DNA of 64,000 nucleotides from an uncultured virus (IMG/VR IMGVR_UViG_3300042695_001232) (taxonomy: Duplodnaviria > Heunggongvirae > Uroviricota > Caudoviricetes). Numbering within the stretch: position 1 is the first letter of the stretch; the number at the start of each line of letters is the position of its first letter. Below are positions 1 to 10,477 of this stretch, one piece after another. The position numbers and the translations under genes were made by a program. The stretch lies in IMG/VR virus record IMGVR_UViG_3300042695_001232; one strand, written 5' to 3'. The notes under the pieces are model-generated. The model was not told the origin of the DNA. It saw only the letters and a program-made list of their open reading frames with translations, and ran no database searches.

Positions 1-126
1 ATTCCATGTAATCCATTTAGTATTCATACCACTAAAGAACACGTTGGACACTCACAACCTGATAATTGTATGGGAGTTAATTTTGGAAAAATAGATATTG
101 AAAAAGTAAAAAAGGAAATAGAATGA
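1..126 (+). CDS. 3' end of a hypothetical protein (truncated by window edge)
   Basis: Frame 1 is open from base 1 (IPCNPFSIHTTKEHVG...KKEIE) to TGA at 124-126, overlapping the dUTPase ATG (ATGA coupling). Confidence 0.6.
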   Translation: MPCNPFSIHTTKEHVGHSQPDNCMGVNFGKIDIEKVKKEIE

Positions 127-698
127 ATATAAAAAAACTATCTGATAAAGCGGTTATTCCTAACAAAGGAAGCGTTGGTGCTGCTGGTTATGATTTGTAT
201 ACTACAGAATCATACGAACTAAAGCCGGGTGAACGTAAGGCTTTTAAGACCGATATTGCATTAGCTATTCCAGAAGGTTTTTATGGTCGAGTTGCACCTC
301 GTAGCGGACTTGCTGTAAAGTACGGTATCGATGTTCTCGCAGGAGTTATTGATAGTGACTATCGTGGAGAAATACTAGTTGCCCTTATCAATCTAGGTGA
401 TAAACCCGTTAAATTACCAATTATTAAGGATGATAAAGAAACCGCTATTGCTCAAATTATTATAGAAGGATGTGGCACCGCAGTAGGAGGTTTTATCGAG
501 GTTGATGATTTGAATTCGACTCAACGTGGTGTTGGTGGATTTGGAAGTACTGACATAAACAAGTCAACTACAACACCAACTACATCAGGAAAAACTATTG
601 AAGATTTGCTTAAAATAAAAGAAGCAAATTTTGATACTAACATTAAAAAATATAGTGAAGTGATTAAAGAAAGAGACAACAAACTTTTTGGAAATTAA
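123..698 (+). CDS. dut: trimeric dUTPase with C-terminal extension
   Basis: Motifs AGYDL, PRSGLA, GVIDSDYRGEI, IAQII, RGVGGFGST. Confidence 0.97.
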   Translation: MNIKKLSDKAVIPNKGSVGAAGYDLYTTESYELKPGERKAFKTDIALAIPEGFYGRVAPRSGLAVKYGIDVLAGVIDSDYRGEILVALINLGDKPVKLPIIKDDKETAIAQIIIEGCGTAVGGFIEVDDLNSTQRGVGGFGSTDINKSTTTPTTSGKTIEDLLKIKEANFDTNIKKYSEVIKERDNKLFGN

Positions 699-699
699 T

Positions 700-2019
700 A
701 TGAGTAAACCGTTATGTGTTATACAAGGACCAGTCTTTAGTCGAAGTGGCTACGGTGACTGGGCAAAAGATGTTGCTAAAAGTATTCTACGTTACGATAA
801 GTACGATTTAAGAATTGCAAACACCAAGTGGGGTGCAAATCCCGTGAAACGTTTTCAAGATGATTTGGATTATAACGATCCACTCAACCTTGCGTTATTT
901 GATAAGATGTTGAAAGAACCTATTAACCGTCAACCAGATCTGTTTATTCAAATATCAATTCCAAATGAGTTTAAACCTATTGGCAAGTACAATATTGGAA
1001 TGACGGCTGGAATTGAAACCACGGCAGCTGCAGGAGAATGGATTGAAGGTCTAAACAAAATGGACATGAACATTGTTACATCTCGTCATTCCAAGAAGGT
1101 ATTTGATGATGCAGACTATACTAAGGAATATAAAGACGGAAGTGGACGTAAAGAACAACTACGTAACATAAAACCCATGGAAGTGTGTTTCTGGGGAGCC
1201 AATACTGATCTATATAAAATTACGAATGAAAAAGTTCAATCGGTTGAACAAATTATGTCAACAATTCCAGAGTCATTTGCATTTTTGTTTGTTGGTCAAT
1301 GGACACATTCGAATCCATATCATGACCGCAAAGATATTGGCAACTTGATTAAAACCTTTATTAACGTATTTAAAGATCGTATTCAAAAACCATGTTTGAT
1401 CTTAAAAACAAGTGGTGTTAATTATTCCAAGATAGATAAAGATGAAATATTAAATAAAATCAAATCAATTGAATCACAAATTAAGGGTGATAAGCCTAAC
1501 ATATATTTGATTCATGGAGAACTTACTGACACTGAAATGAATGCACTTTTCAATCATGAAAAAGTGAAGTGTCATATAAATTTTACACACGGTGAAGGAT
1601 TTGGGCATCCTCTGTTGTTAGCCTCGCTCAGTGGTAAACCAATTCTTGCATCTGATTGGAGTGGACATTTGGATTTCTTGAATTCCAATAAAGAATGTTT
1701 ATTGCCGGGTAAAGTTGATACAATCAATCCGGCATCTGTAAATCAATGGTTAATCAAAGAATCAGCATGGTTTACAGTATCATATAGTTTGGCAGAAGAA
1801 CGTATGAAACAGATTTATTTTAGTCTGAATCACAAAACGAAAACAAACGCATTGGAACTTGCTAAACGAAATGCTGAATCTTTTTCTACACAATCTATGG
1901 ATAAAGTACTACATGGAATTCTTGACAAATACGTTCCTCAATTTGCAATTGAACAAAAAATTGTGATTCCACAATTAAAACTTCCATCACTTCCACCAGT
2001 TTCTAAGATATCGGTATGA
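700..2019 (+). CDS. glycosyltransferase, GT4-like (GT-B)
   Basis: SRSGYG N-terminal loop, FLFVGQW...RKDIG, GEGFGHPLLLASLSGKPILASDWSG. ATG at 700 preferred to TTG at 688. Confidence 0.85.
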   Translation: MSKPLCVIQGPVFSRSGYGDWAKDVAKSILRYDKYDLRIANTKWGANPVKRFQDDLDYNDPLNLALFDKMLKEPINRQPDLFIQISIPNEFKPIGKYNIGMTAGIETTAAAGEWIEGLNKMDMNIVTSRHSKKVFDDADYTKEYKDGSGRKEQLRNIKPMEVCFWGANTDLYKITNEKVQSVEQIMSTIPESFAFLFVGQWTHSNPYHDRKDIGNLIKTFINVFKDRIQKPCLILKTSGVNYSKIDKDEILNKIKSIESQIKGDKPNIYLIHGELTDTEMNALFNHEKVKCHINFTHGEGFGHPLLLASLSGKPILASDWSGHLDFLNSNKECLLPGKVDTINPASVNQWLIKESAWFTVSYSLAEERMKQIYFSLNHKTKTNALELAKRNAESFSTQSMDKVLHGILDKYVPQFAIEQKIVIPQLKLPSLPPVSKISV

Positions 2020-2669
2020 TACCATTTATATCTTATTTAGTTACATGTCATAATGAGGGTGCACAATTGCGCACCCTTTTATCTCTATTATTAAAGTACT
2101 CAGACGGAAATCAAATTGTAGTATTAGATGATTATTCTACCGATCCAATTACTTTAGAAGTATTACATGAATATCAATCAGTAGTTGGTGTTAAATTGGT
2201 TGCACACCATCTCAATAAAGATTATGGTGCACACAAAACTTATGGAACACGACAATGTGATGGTGAATATGTATTTCAAATAGATGCAGATGAACTTCCT
2301 AATGAAATATTGTTGGTAAACTTATACACATTATTAAAATCAAATCCATCATGTGAAATGTTTTGGGTTCCTAGAGTTAATGCATTTTATGGAGTTACTC
2401 AAGAAGATGTTAGAAATTACGGATGGCGAGTTGATGACAAAGGTCGTATTAATTGGCCAGACTATCAATCACGTATTTACAAAAACTTACCTAATATTAA
2501 GTGGGATCGTAAATTACATGAAACAATTGTAGGATTTAAAGAATTTACTCGTATTCCGGCTATGGAAGAGTTGTCATTGTTTCATAATAAAACAATTAAA
2601 AAACAGAGAGAAGATAATAAACGATATATCAGTGAATTCTCAACAGAAGACAATTACAGAGCAACATGA
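2016..2669 (+). CDS. glycosyltransferase family 2
   Basis: ISYLVTCHNE, LDDYSTD, FQIDADE, LHE motifs. Confidence 0.88.
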   Translation: MIPFISYLVTCHNEGAQLRTLLSLLLKYSDGNQIVVLDDYSTDPITLEVLHEYQSVVGVKLVAHHLNKDYGAHKTYGTRQCDGEYVFQIDADELPNEILLVNLYTLLKSNPSCEMFWVPRVNAFYGVTQEDVRNYGWRVDDKGRINWPDYQSRIYKNLPNIKWDRKLHETIVGFKEFTRIPAMEELSLFHNKTIKKQREDNKRYISEFSTEDNYRAT

Positions 2670-3481
2670 TCACAATAACTATTGGAACGAATGGGCGGTT
2701 TGGTAATCAAATGTTTCAATACGCATCATTAATGGGTATTGCAACTAAACAAAACTGTTTATATGGAATTAATTACTATAATGGTAATAAAATTTCATGG
2801 AATGATTTTACAGACGACGAAGAAATCAATAAAAATACATTGGTTTTAACAAAGCCATTTCAATTGTCGGCCTTACATTGTGATGAAAAGTACAATATTA
2901 TCAATGAAGAATATTCTAACTATCATTTTATTCCCCAATTTTTTAACACGGGAGATAATGTACATTTAAATGGATACTTTCAAACGGAAAAGTATTTTAA
3001 ACACATTGAATCATCGGTACGTTCAGAATTCACGTTTAGACCAGAAATCATTAATACTGCAAATTCATATCTCAAAGATAAACAAGAATATGAAACGGTT
3101 GCAATCCATGTTCGTCGAGGTGATTATTTAAAATATAAACATCACGGCACATGTGATTTAAACTATTATACAAATGCATTAAGTCATTTCACGGATAAGT
3201 CGTACAATTTCATTGTTGTATCTGATGATATTGAATGGGCAAAGTCTACATTTGTAGGAAGTGATAACTTTTTTATATCAGAATCTCACAATCAGTTTGT
3301 TGATATGTGTCTTATGACACTATGTAATCATAACATTATTGCTAACAGTACATTTAGTTGGTGGGGTGCGTGGTTAAATGTAAATACAAATAAAAAAGTT
3401 ATTGCTCCATCACGATGGTTTGGTCCAAATGTTCCGTTAAACACAAAAGATTTATATGTTCCCGGTTGGATTGTAATATGA
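2666..3481 (+). CDS. alpha-1,2-fucosyltransferase-like (GT11)
   Basis: GRFGNQMFQYA, GYFQTEKYF, AIHVRRGDY, SDDIEWAK, IIANSTFSWWGAWL. Confidence 0.93.
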   Translation: MITITIGTNGRFGNQMFQYASLMGIATKQNCLYGINYYNGNKISWNDFTDDEEINKNTLVLTKPFQLSALHCDEKYNIINEEYSNYHFIPQFFNTGDNVHLNGYFQTEKYFKHIESSVRSEFTFRPEIINTANSYLKDKQEYETVAIHVRRGDYLKYKHHGTCDLNYYTNALSHFTDKSYNFIVVSDDIEWAKSTFVGSDNFFISESHNQFVDMCLMTLCNHNIIANSTFSWWGAWLNVNTNKKVIAPSRWFGPNVPLNTKDLYVPGWIVI

Positions 3482-4308
3482 AAATTCCGAAAGAAATTCA
3501 AACAATACAAAAAGCGAAAACAATCACAGATGGTTTAATTCCATTACAAGATTGTACATTTATCATACCCGTTTGTATTGAAAGTGAAGACCGAAAGAAA
3601 AACTTCACTATTGTATATGAATATTTACGTCGTAATTTTGAAACAAACATCATCGTATATGAATGTTCAAAAGAAGCGGTTATACCATCGGTAATCAAAG
3701 ATGACGTAACATACATTCATCAAAACGTACCAGATGACTCGTTTCATAGAACAAGATACTTAAACCGAATGTTATCGTTATCAAACACAACAATAACAGT
3801 TAATTATGATGCAGATGTAATTCTTCCAATAGAATCATATCTACAAGCGTACAAAAAGATCATCCGACAAAATCATGATTTAGTTTATCCATTTGCAATA
3901 GGCAAGTTTCAAAAGAAAGTTAACACATCTGGTAGAGAAAAGTTATTAAACCAAGGGTCACTTGTGGAACTTACCTCTCATGATTATTCGGATTGTATTT
4001 CGGAATACGGTCACTGTCAGTTCTTTAATACTTCCACATATAAAAAGTATGGTTGGGAGAATGAACATTTTATCTCATATGGTCCAGAAGATCGTGAACG
4101 ATATGAACGATTCAAAAAATTTGATACTATGGTTACCCATCTTGATAAAGGATTTGTATATCATGTTGAACATTGTCGTGGATCTGATTCCAGCGACAAA
4201 AACCCATACTTTAAATCTAACAACGATTTATATAAAAAACTGAGTGATATGAATCAAGATCAGTTAAATACCTATTATACAGATGTCAAGTATCTGACCA
4301 ATTATTAA
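3478..4308 (+). CDS. GT-A glycosyltransferase, galactosyltransferase (GT7 C-terminal)-like
   Basis: TFIIPV, NYDADV (DxD), GWENEHFISYGPEDRE, YHVEH. ATG at 3478 overlaps the upstream TGA. Confidence 0.75.
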   Translation: MKIPKEIQTIQKAKTITDGLIPLQDCTFIIPVCIESEDRKKNFTIVYEYLRRNFETNIIVYECSKEAVIPSVIKDDVTYIHQNVPDDSFHRTRYLNRMLSLSNTTITVNYDADVILPIESYLQAYKKIIRQNHDLVYPFAIGKFQKKVNTSGREKLLNQGSLVELTSHDYSDCISEYGHCQFFNTSTYKKYGWENEHFISYGPEDRERYERFKKFDTMVTHLDKGFVYHVEHCRGSDSSDKNPYFKSNNDLYKKLSDMNQDQLNTYYTDVKYLTNY

Positions 4309-4311
4309 GTT

Positions 4312-5022
4312 ATGAAGATTGCCGTTATTACGTTGGCCACAAATAAATATAAAACGTTTCTACATCCATTGTGGACTTCTATCCAAAAATATTTTATTCC
4401 ACATGTTCAAAAAGACTTTTACTTCTTTACCGATGAAAAATTAGACTGGTTTGATGATTCTATAAAGTGGTACAAGATCAATCATGAACCATGGCCATAT
4501 ATTACTCTCAAACGATTTGAATTTATATCCGAATGTTTAAAAGAGTTGTCTCAATATGATTATATTTTCTATATTGATAGTGATATGGAATTTGTAGATA
4601 CATTGAGTAATTTTGATGTTGGACAAAAGAAGTATTTTGCGGTTTGTCATCCGTCTGTGATTTTAAATCAAAAGTTCTGGCCAGTCGAGACTAATGTTAA
4701 TTCAACCGCATATATTCCAGAAAAACATAATTGTGTATACGTTCAAGGATGTGTATGGGGTGCAAAAGGAAGTCACATCGAATATATGGTCAATTTAATG
4801 AAGAATAACATCAGTACGGATCTTCAAAACAATATCATTGCAGTATGGCATGATGAATCTCACCTAAACAAATTTATAGTTGATCATCGAACCGATACGG
4901 CTATTTTAAGTCCTAGTATGTCATATCCAGAACATTGGGATTTGCCTGTTAACAAACTAATGGTTCATAAAGATAAAAATATGGTGGAATATCCACGATT
5001 TAAAGGAGCGTCACTCACATGA
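4312..5022 (+). CDS. family 6 glycosyltransferase (ABO/alpha-1,3-galactosyltransferase-like)
   Basis: IAVITLATNKY, FYFFTD, WPYITLKRF, YIDSDM (DxD), IAVWHDESHLNK signature. Confidence 0.92.
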   Translation: MKIAVITLATNKYKTFLHPLWTSIQKYFIPHVQKDFYFFTDEKLDWFDDSIKWYKINHEPWPYITLKRFEFISECLKELSQYDYIFYIDSDMEFVDTLSNFDVGQKKYFAVCHPSVILNQKFWPVETNVNSTAYIPEKHNCVYVQGCVWGAKGSHIEYMVNLMKNNISTDLQNNIIAVWHDESHLNKFIVDHRTDTAILSPSMSYPEHWDLPVNKLMVHKDKNMVEYPRFKGASLT

Positions 5023-5981
5023 AAATAGTTATTTGGGGTCATCCTCTTTATTCACATACTCATTCGTATGTTCATTCTTCATACTACAAAGCAGCGTCTC
5101 ATATGGGTCACGAAGTACATTGGTTTCATGACAAAGATTATCCCAAAGATTTTGACTATTCCAATTGTATTTTTATCACTGAAGGATTTGCTGATCAGAA
5201 CATTCCTCTAAATAATACAAGTACATACTTTGTGATGTATTGTCCGTCTCCAAAGAAGTATTTAGATGCAGGTGTTAAACGATATATTGATGTTAGATGT
5301 GTAGCAAAAAATCACAAAGATCACATTCATGAATATTCAGTTGACAAAAATACAACTCAAAAAGTTGGACCATCATGTTATTTTATTCCAAAAACCAACG
5401 ATAAAGTACGTATCAAAAACGATTATGTTGATTATACCATTGATGATTTTGACAAATTTTATTTGAGTTGGGCAACAAATCTATTACCACAAGAATTTAA
5501 TCTTGATGATGTTTATCTTCCTAGAGAAAACGCAATTTATTTCTGCGGAAGTCTTTCAAATTCAGGCGTATGTGAAAATATGAGTAATTGGTTTCCATTT
5601 ATACAACAATGTAAACACAATAACATTACGTTCTATCACAACGATCCATGGAAAAATCCAATATCAGACGACAAAGTAAAAGAACTTGTTCAAAAATCAT
5701 TGTTGGGTATTGATATTCGTGGACCGGAACACGTTAAGACCGGCATAATTACGTGCAGAATATTCAAAAACGTCAGTTATGGACATATTGGATTAACTAA
5801 TTCTCAAGAAATATACAATGAAATGGAAGGAAATTGTTTATACAATTCCGATCCTACCGAACTTTTTAGTATAGGTATGCAAAATCGTAAAAATTATGAT
5901 TTTATCAAAAAATCAATGTTGTACGTAAAAGAAAATCATACATATATAAACAGAATCAATAGTTTATTTTCAATTTTATAA
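5019..5981 (+). CDS. putative glycosyltransferase (GT-B-like)
   Basis: HTHSYVH N-terminus, CRIFKNVSYGHIG and HTYINR C-terminus typical of GT-B-like proteins; operon context. Confidence 0.55.
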   Translation: MKIVIWGHPLYSHTHSYVHSSYYKAASHMGHEVHWFHDKDYPKDFDYSNCIFITEGFADQNIPLNNTSTYFVMYCPSPKKYLDAGVKRYIDVRCVAKNHKDHIHEYSVDKNTTQKVGPSCYFIPKTNDKVRIKNDYVDYTIDDFDKFYLSWATNLLPQEFNLDDVYLPRENAIYFCGSLSNSGVCENMSNWFPFIQQCKHNNITFYHNDPWKNPISDDKVKELVQKSLLGIDIRGPEHVKTGIITCRIFKNVSYGHIGLTNSQEIYNEMEGNCLYNSDPTELFSIGMQNRKNYDFIKKSMLYVKENHTYINRINSLFSIL

Positions 5982-5984
5982 TTT

Positions 5985-6575
5985 ATGTTTAAATCAGACG
6001 CGTTTCAAGATCAATTTGTACACAAAATTCTAAACGGAAAACGTAATGGTTATTTCTTAGATATTGGAAGTTGTGGTGCAATTAACTCCAACAATACATA
6101 CTTCTTTGAGTCTCTTGGATGGAGAGGTATTTGTGTAGAAATTAACCCATCATACACACAAAGTTATGTTTCAAGAACATGTAAATTTATCAATCAAGAC
6201 GCATTGAAGATAAACTACAAAAATGTTTTTGAACAAGAAAATTTTCCAAAAACAATTGATTATTTGTCTTTAGATATTGATGAATTAAGTTTGGACGCTC
6301 TTTTGATTCTTCCCCACAACGATTATACTTTTAATGTAATTACTATAGAACACGATTTTTATATATATGGGGATAAATATAAAAAGAGACAACGAGAATT
6401 TCTATTGTCTAAGGGATATCATTTGGTTGGATCCAACGTAAAAGTTCCAAGAGGTAAAAATGGTAGAAAAGAAGAAAATGTTGGATTTGAAGATTGGTGG
6501 ATACATCCATCTCTTGAAAAAAATCATTATTATTTTGATAATTTATTTCCTGAGGATATTATTTCCAATCTATGA
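5985..6575 (+). CDS. FkbM-family methyltransferase
   Basis: QDQFV, FLDIGS...SNNTYFFE..GWRGICVE, IDYLSLDID, ITIEH, EDWW. Confidence 0.85.
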   Translation: MFKSDAFQDQFVHKILNGKRNGYFLDIGSCGAINSNNTYFFESLGWRGICVEINPSYTQSYVSRTCKFINQDALKINYKNVFEQENFPKTIDYLSLDIDELSLDALLILPHNDYTFNVITIEHDFYIYGDKYKKRQREFLLSKGYHLVGSNVKVPRGKNGRKEENVGFEDWWIHPSLEKNHYYFDNLFPEDIISNL

Positions 6576-6614
6576 AACTACTTCATTTAAAAACGTTATT
6601 CATAATATCGTGAT

Positions 6615-7361
6615 ATGACCATGTTTGGAGTTTTAGTTACATGTTATAATGAAGTACGTGCGGTAGAATATTCTTTAAAATCTTTTAGAGAAATATATCC
6701 GACAACAAAGATTTATCTTACTACCGAAAGTAAAACTTCGGATTATAGTAATTTACTTAAATTAAACCATATTAGTATCAATCATGTAGAAGATACAATG
6801 TATTTCATTCCTAAAATAACTCACGAAAATTTTTTAGAATATCATTTTCAGGAAAAAATATTAGTAGCAACTAACGCTTTTTTAAATCGTGTAAAACAAG
6901 CCATAGAATATTGTCAATCTGATTATTTATTATTGATGGATCCCGATACTCTTGTTCGTGGCGAATTGTCTTTTCCAGACGGTGCCAAATTGTTAGGATC
7001 AAGAATAAACGTCGGATTACCATGGACACTAAGAAAAATACTTCAAGAAACATCGGGTGCAATCGATATTGATTGTTGGGGAGCAACTCCCGCAATAATT
7101 CATTGTGAAACATTTTTGAAATCACATAAGTATGTGATGGAACAAGATCCAACTTTTTTACCACGTATTGCAAAAACTTTTTACGCTATTTTTGCGCATG
7201 ATGTGATTCTCCCAATTTTATTTGCATTGCAAGGAGAACAAGAAGTATTTAATAGTGAGATCGTTGAATGTAATCGAAATCCATATTGGCAAAAAACATC
7301 ACATCCACTCGTACATCAATTTAAATATTTCTATGACAACAATCGTAACAGCGTTGTATGA
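6615..7361 (+). CDS. putative GT-A glycosyltransferase
   Basis: VLVTCYNE and LLMDPD (DxD-like) motifs; operon context. Confidence 0.55.
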   Translation: MTMFGVLVTCYNEVRAVEYSLKSFREIYPTTKIYLTTESKTSDYSNLLKLNHISINHVEDTMYFIPKITHENFLEYHFQEKILVATNAFLNRVKQAIEYCQSDYLLLMDPDTLVRGELSFPDGAKLLGSRINVGLPWTLRKILQETSGAIDIDCWGATPAIIHCETFLKSHKYVMEQDPTFLPRIAKTFYAIFAHDVILPILFALQGEQEVFNSEIVECNRNPYWQKTSHPLVHQFKYFYDNNRNSVV

Positions 7362-8082
7362 CATTAATCGTGAAAAAAATGGTGATGGTAGGTCATTTCA
7401 AGATTATCTAAAATGGCTTCCAGAAACTTTATCATTGTCGTGTAATTATGTCATATATACAGAACAAGGTGTAGTTCCTTACATTCCTCAAAAACCTAAC
7501 ATTAAAGTTATTGTTACTACAACAAAACAAATTCCATTGTACAATAAATGTACAATGATTCAAAGTATATTAAAAAATTCAGAGTATCTACAAAAAATCA
7601 AAGATCCTAATAGAGTTGAATGTGTATTACCAATGTACAGTGTCATTCAATATTCTAAGTTTGAATGGTTAAAACGTACCATCGAAGAAAATCCATTTAA
7701 TTCAGACTATTTTTTTTGGATGGACGCTGGTTGCAGCAGATTCTTTGACGGATTACCATTAACGTTTCCGAATTCAAATAAACTACCCTCAAAGTTCTTA
7801 ATTCAAGGGAATATGAATACTAACCGTATTCCAATTGACGAAACCTACAAATGGATATCAGATTGTATTTTAGTTGGCACTTTCTTCGGTGGGCCACGTG
7901 AATATGTCATTCAAGTATCAGATTTAACACTTAAATTTTTACAAGAAGAAATGTTGGATCAAAATATGATTAACAATGAACAAATTGCATTAGCATATAT
8001 ATTTAAACGTAATCCCTATTTATTTAACATTTATGTAAGATTGAACAGTAAACATTTACCAATATTGAAATCTTTAATATGA
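7333..8082 (+). CDS. HtrL/WlaTC-like glycosyltransferase
   Basis: TIVTALYDI, YSKFEWL, NPFNSDYFFWMDAG, GTFFGG, NNEQ. ATG at 7333 preferred. Confidence 0.8.
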   Translation: MTTIVTALYDINREKNGDGRSFQDYLKWLPETLSLSCNYVIYTEQGVVPYIPQKPNIKVIVTTTKQIPLYNKCTMIQSILKNSEYLQKIKDPNRVECVLPMYSVIQYSKFEWLKRTIEENPFNSDYFFWMDAGCSRFFDGLPLTFPNSNKLPSKFLIQGNMNTNRIPIDETYKWISDCILVGTFFGGPREYVIQVSDLTLKFLQEEMLDQNMINNEQIALAYIFKRNPYLFNIYVRLNSKHLPILKSLI

Positions 8083-8855
8083 AAAAAATAGATGTAGTAA
8101 CTTCTTTTTATAATGACATTCACAACCTCACTTGGAAAAATTATGTTGAAAACTGTAATTTAATAATTTATAAAAAGAACGACGATTTAAACATAGACGA
8201 ATCATTTGTCAAGGATGGTTATATTAATATTCCAAATATTGGACGTTGTGATTATGCATTTTTGTTACACATTATCAACAACTACTATACATTGAATGAT
8301 GTAACTGTTTTTACAAAAATTCACTGGTATAATCCACCGCCTAGATTTGATTTTTCGTATATAATAAAAAATTGCGTCGAATATGATTATATAGAAATAG
8401 GGAGAGATTCAAGATGTTATAATTGGCACGATGGTACGGTCCCAGAAAAGTTATGTATCGATGTAAACATTAATAATGTCAAAGGCGTTCGTAAAGGATG
8501 GTACAAATCTAATTCTGATTCAAATATCGATTGGTACAATCATATATTTGGTAAAGGTAGTTTTCCGGGAAAAATATATACCAACGATCATGGTCCAACA
8601 TTCAGCGTTTCAAAAAAATTAATATATCAACGTCCTATATCGGTTTATCAATATCTATTAGAAAGATTTCATCCAAAATCAATGTCATGGGATCATGAAC
8701 TTGCAAAAAGTCAATGGCCAGAAAAATATGGAAATTGTGCTACTGAAAAACAAATTATGAATGAAATGGGTCGTCATTATCATGACGAACTGTTAAGATT
8801 TTGGAAATTATTGTTCACTCATAGAACTGACAAAAACCAATTTAAAATACATTAA
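8079..8855 (+). CDS. DUF3431-like putative glycosyltransferase
   Basis: IPNIGRCDYAFLLHIINNY...VTVF, F.VSK..I..RP..Y pattern. Confidence 0.65.
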   Translation: MKKIDVVTSFYNDIHNLTWKNYVENCNLIIYKKNDDLNIDESFVKDGYINIPNIGRCDYAFLLHIINNYYTLNDVTVFTKIHWYNPPPRFDFSYIIKNCVEYDYIEIGRDSRCYNWHDGTVPEKLCIDVNINNVKGVRKGWYKSNSDSNIDWYNHIFGKGSFPGKIYTNDHGPTFSVSKKLIYQRPISVYQYLLERFHPKSMSWDHELAKSQWPEKYGNCATEKQIMNEMGRHYHDELLRFWKLLFTHRTDKNQFKIH

Positions 8856-8890
8856 AATATAATTTACAACAGATAATAAAAAATAGTTAT

Positions 8891-9511
8891 ATGAACGAAT
8901 CATTTTTTGCAGAACATAAAGAAGATCAATTTTTAAGAGTAAAATACTTTCCTGATTATAGTTACAAGGGTACTATGATTGAAGTCGGTGGTGCAACTCC
9001 TGAGTTTATATCTGTATCTCGTCACTTTACATTAAACAAATGGAGAACTGTTATTGTAGAACCAAATCCGACATTTGCTAAAATGCATCGTGATATTGGA
9101 AATGAAATATATGAATACGCAGCGTCTGAAACTGATGAAGATAATGTAGATTTTACGATTGTTCACATCACTGGTGGTAGTGTTACCGATCACGCATTTT
9201 CATCATTAAAAATCAAAGAATCATACCAGTCAATATCGAATGGATGGGTAAATAAATTAAATAAAACCCAAATTAAAGTTAAACAACGTCGTTTAGATAC
9301 AATAATTAAAGAAGCGAATATCGAACAACTCGATATTCTTTCAGTTGATACTGAAGGTTGGGAGATAGAAGTCATGAAAGGACTTTGTTTACTCAAACCA
9401 AAAGTAGTTATGTTAGAAAATATCTTTAATGAAAACTCATATCGTGAATATATGACCGAGAGAGGTTATAAGTTTGATATAAGAATTAACGACTGTGACA
9501 TTTATATATGA
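8891..9511 (+). CDS. FkbM-family methyltransferase
   Basis: IEVGGA, IVEPNP, RRLDTI, DILSVDTEGWEIEVMKG, PKVVMLE. Confidence 0.88.
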   Translation: MNESFFAEHKEDQFLRVKYFPDYSYKGTMIEVGGATPEFISVSRHFTLNKWRTVIVEPNPTFAKMHRDIGNEIYEYAASETDEDNVDFTIVHITGGSVTDHAFSSLKIKESYQSISNGWVNKLNKTQIKVKQRRLDTIIKEANIEQLDILSVDTEGWEIEVMKGLCLLKPKVVMLENIFNENSYREYMTERGYKFDIRINDCDIYI

Positions 9512-10455
9512 AAATTTCAATTATTGGACCCGGAATTATGCCCATTCCTCCTAAAGGATGGGGTGCTGTAGAATCTCTGATATGGGATTATAACATCGAA
9601 TTAAAAAAACTTGGTCACGATGTACAAATTGTCAACACACAAAATCGTCAAGAGATTATTGATCAAGTTAATCAATATAATCCTGACTTTGTACATCTTC
9701 AATACGACGACTTGTTTGATGTGTTGCCGTATATCAAATGTAAACACAAAGCAGCAACCACCCATTATGGCTACCTAGAACAACCACATCGTTACGGCGG
9801 ATATGCTCGAATCTTTGACGCATTCCTTCGTGGAGACTTCAACGTCATCTGTTTGTCAGAAGGTATCAAAAACGTGTATAAACAATATGGTGCCAATGAA
9901 AATAGATTGTACGTAGTGTGTAACGGTGCAAGACAAGACATGTTCCGATATACATCAACGCCATCTAAACCCGAAAAGAGTGTTTATCTCGCTAAAATTA
10001 CAGATAGAAAACGTCAGTGGATGTATCAAAACATCAATAACATTGACTTTATTGGTAATAAAGATGATAACCGATTTAATTTCTCTCGTCCAAACTATAT
10101 TGGAGAATGGGATAAGTCTACATTGTATGACAATCTCACCAATTATGCCAACTTAATATTGTTAAGTGACGGTGAAGCAGATCCACTTGTAACTAAAGAA
10201 GCGTTGATTGCAGGTTTAGGTGTGGTTATTTCAGAATGTTCTATTGCCAATTTGGATTTGTCAAAACCATATATTAGTGTAGTACCAGAAAATAAAATTT
10301 ATGATTTGAATTATATCCGAGGTGTAATTGAAACAAATAGACAACAATCTTTGTTACACCGTGACGCAATTCGTGAATATGGAATCACAAAATTTGCATG
10401 GGAAAACGTCGTAAAACAATATATGAACGTGGTTAATCAAATTATCTCACAGTAA
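9508..10455 (+). CDS. GT4-like glycosyltransferase
   Basis: GPGIMPIPPKGWGAVE, DFVHLQY, GEADPLVTKEALIAGLGVV. Confidence 0.8.
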   Translation: MKISIIGPGIMPIPPKGWGAVESLIWDYNIELKKLGHDVQIVNTQNRQEIIDQVNQYNPDFVHLQYDDLFDVLPYIKCKHKAATTHYGYLEQPHRYGGYARIFDAFLRGDFNVICLSEGIKNVYKQYGANENRLYVVCNGARQDMFRYTSTPSKPEKSVYLAKITDRKRQWMYQNINNIDFIGNKDDNRFNFSRPNYIGEWDKSTLYDNLTNYANLILLSDGEADPLVTKEALIAGLGVVISECSIANLDLSKPYISVVPENKIYDLNYIRGVIETNRQQSLLHRDAIREYGITKFAWENVVKQYMNVVNQIISQ

Positions 10456-10477
10456 GTAATCACACACCTGTAAAACT

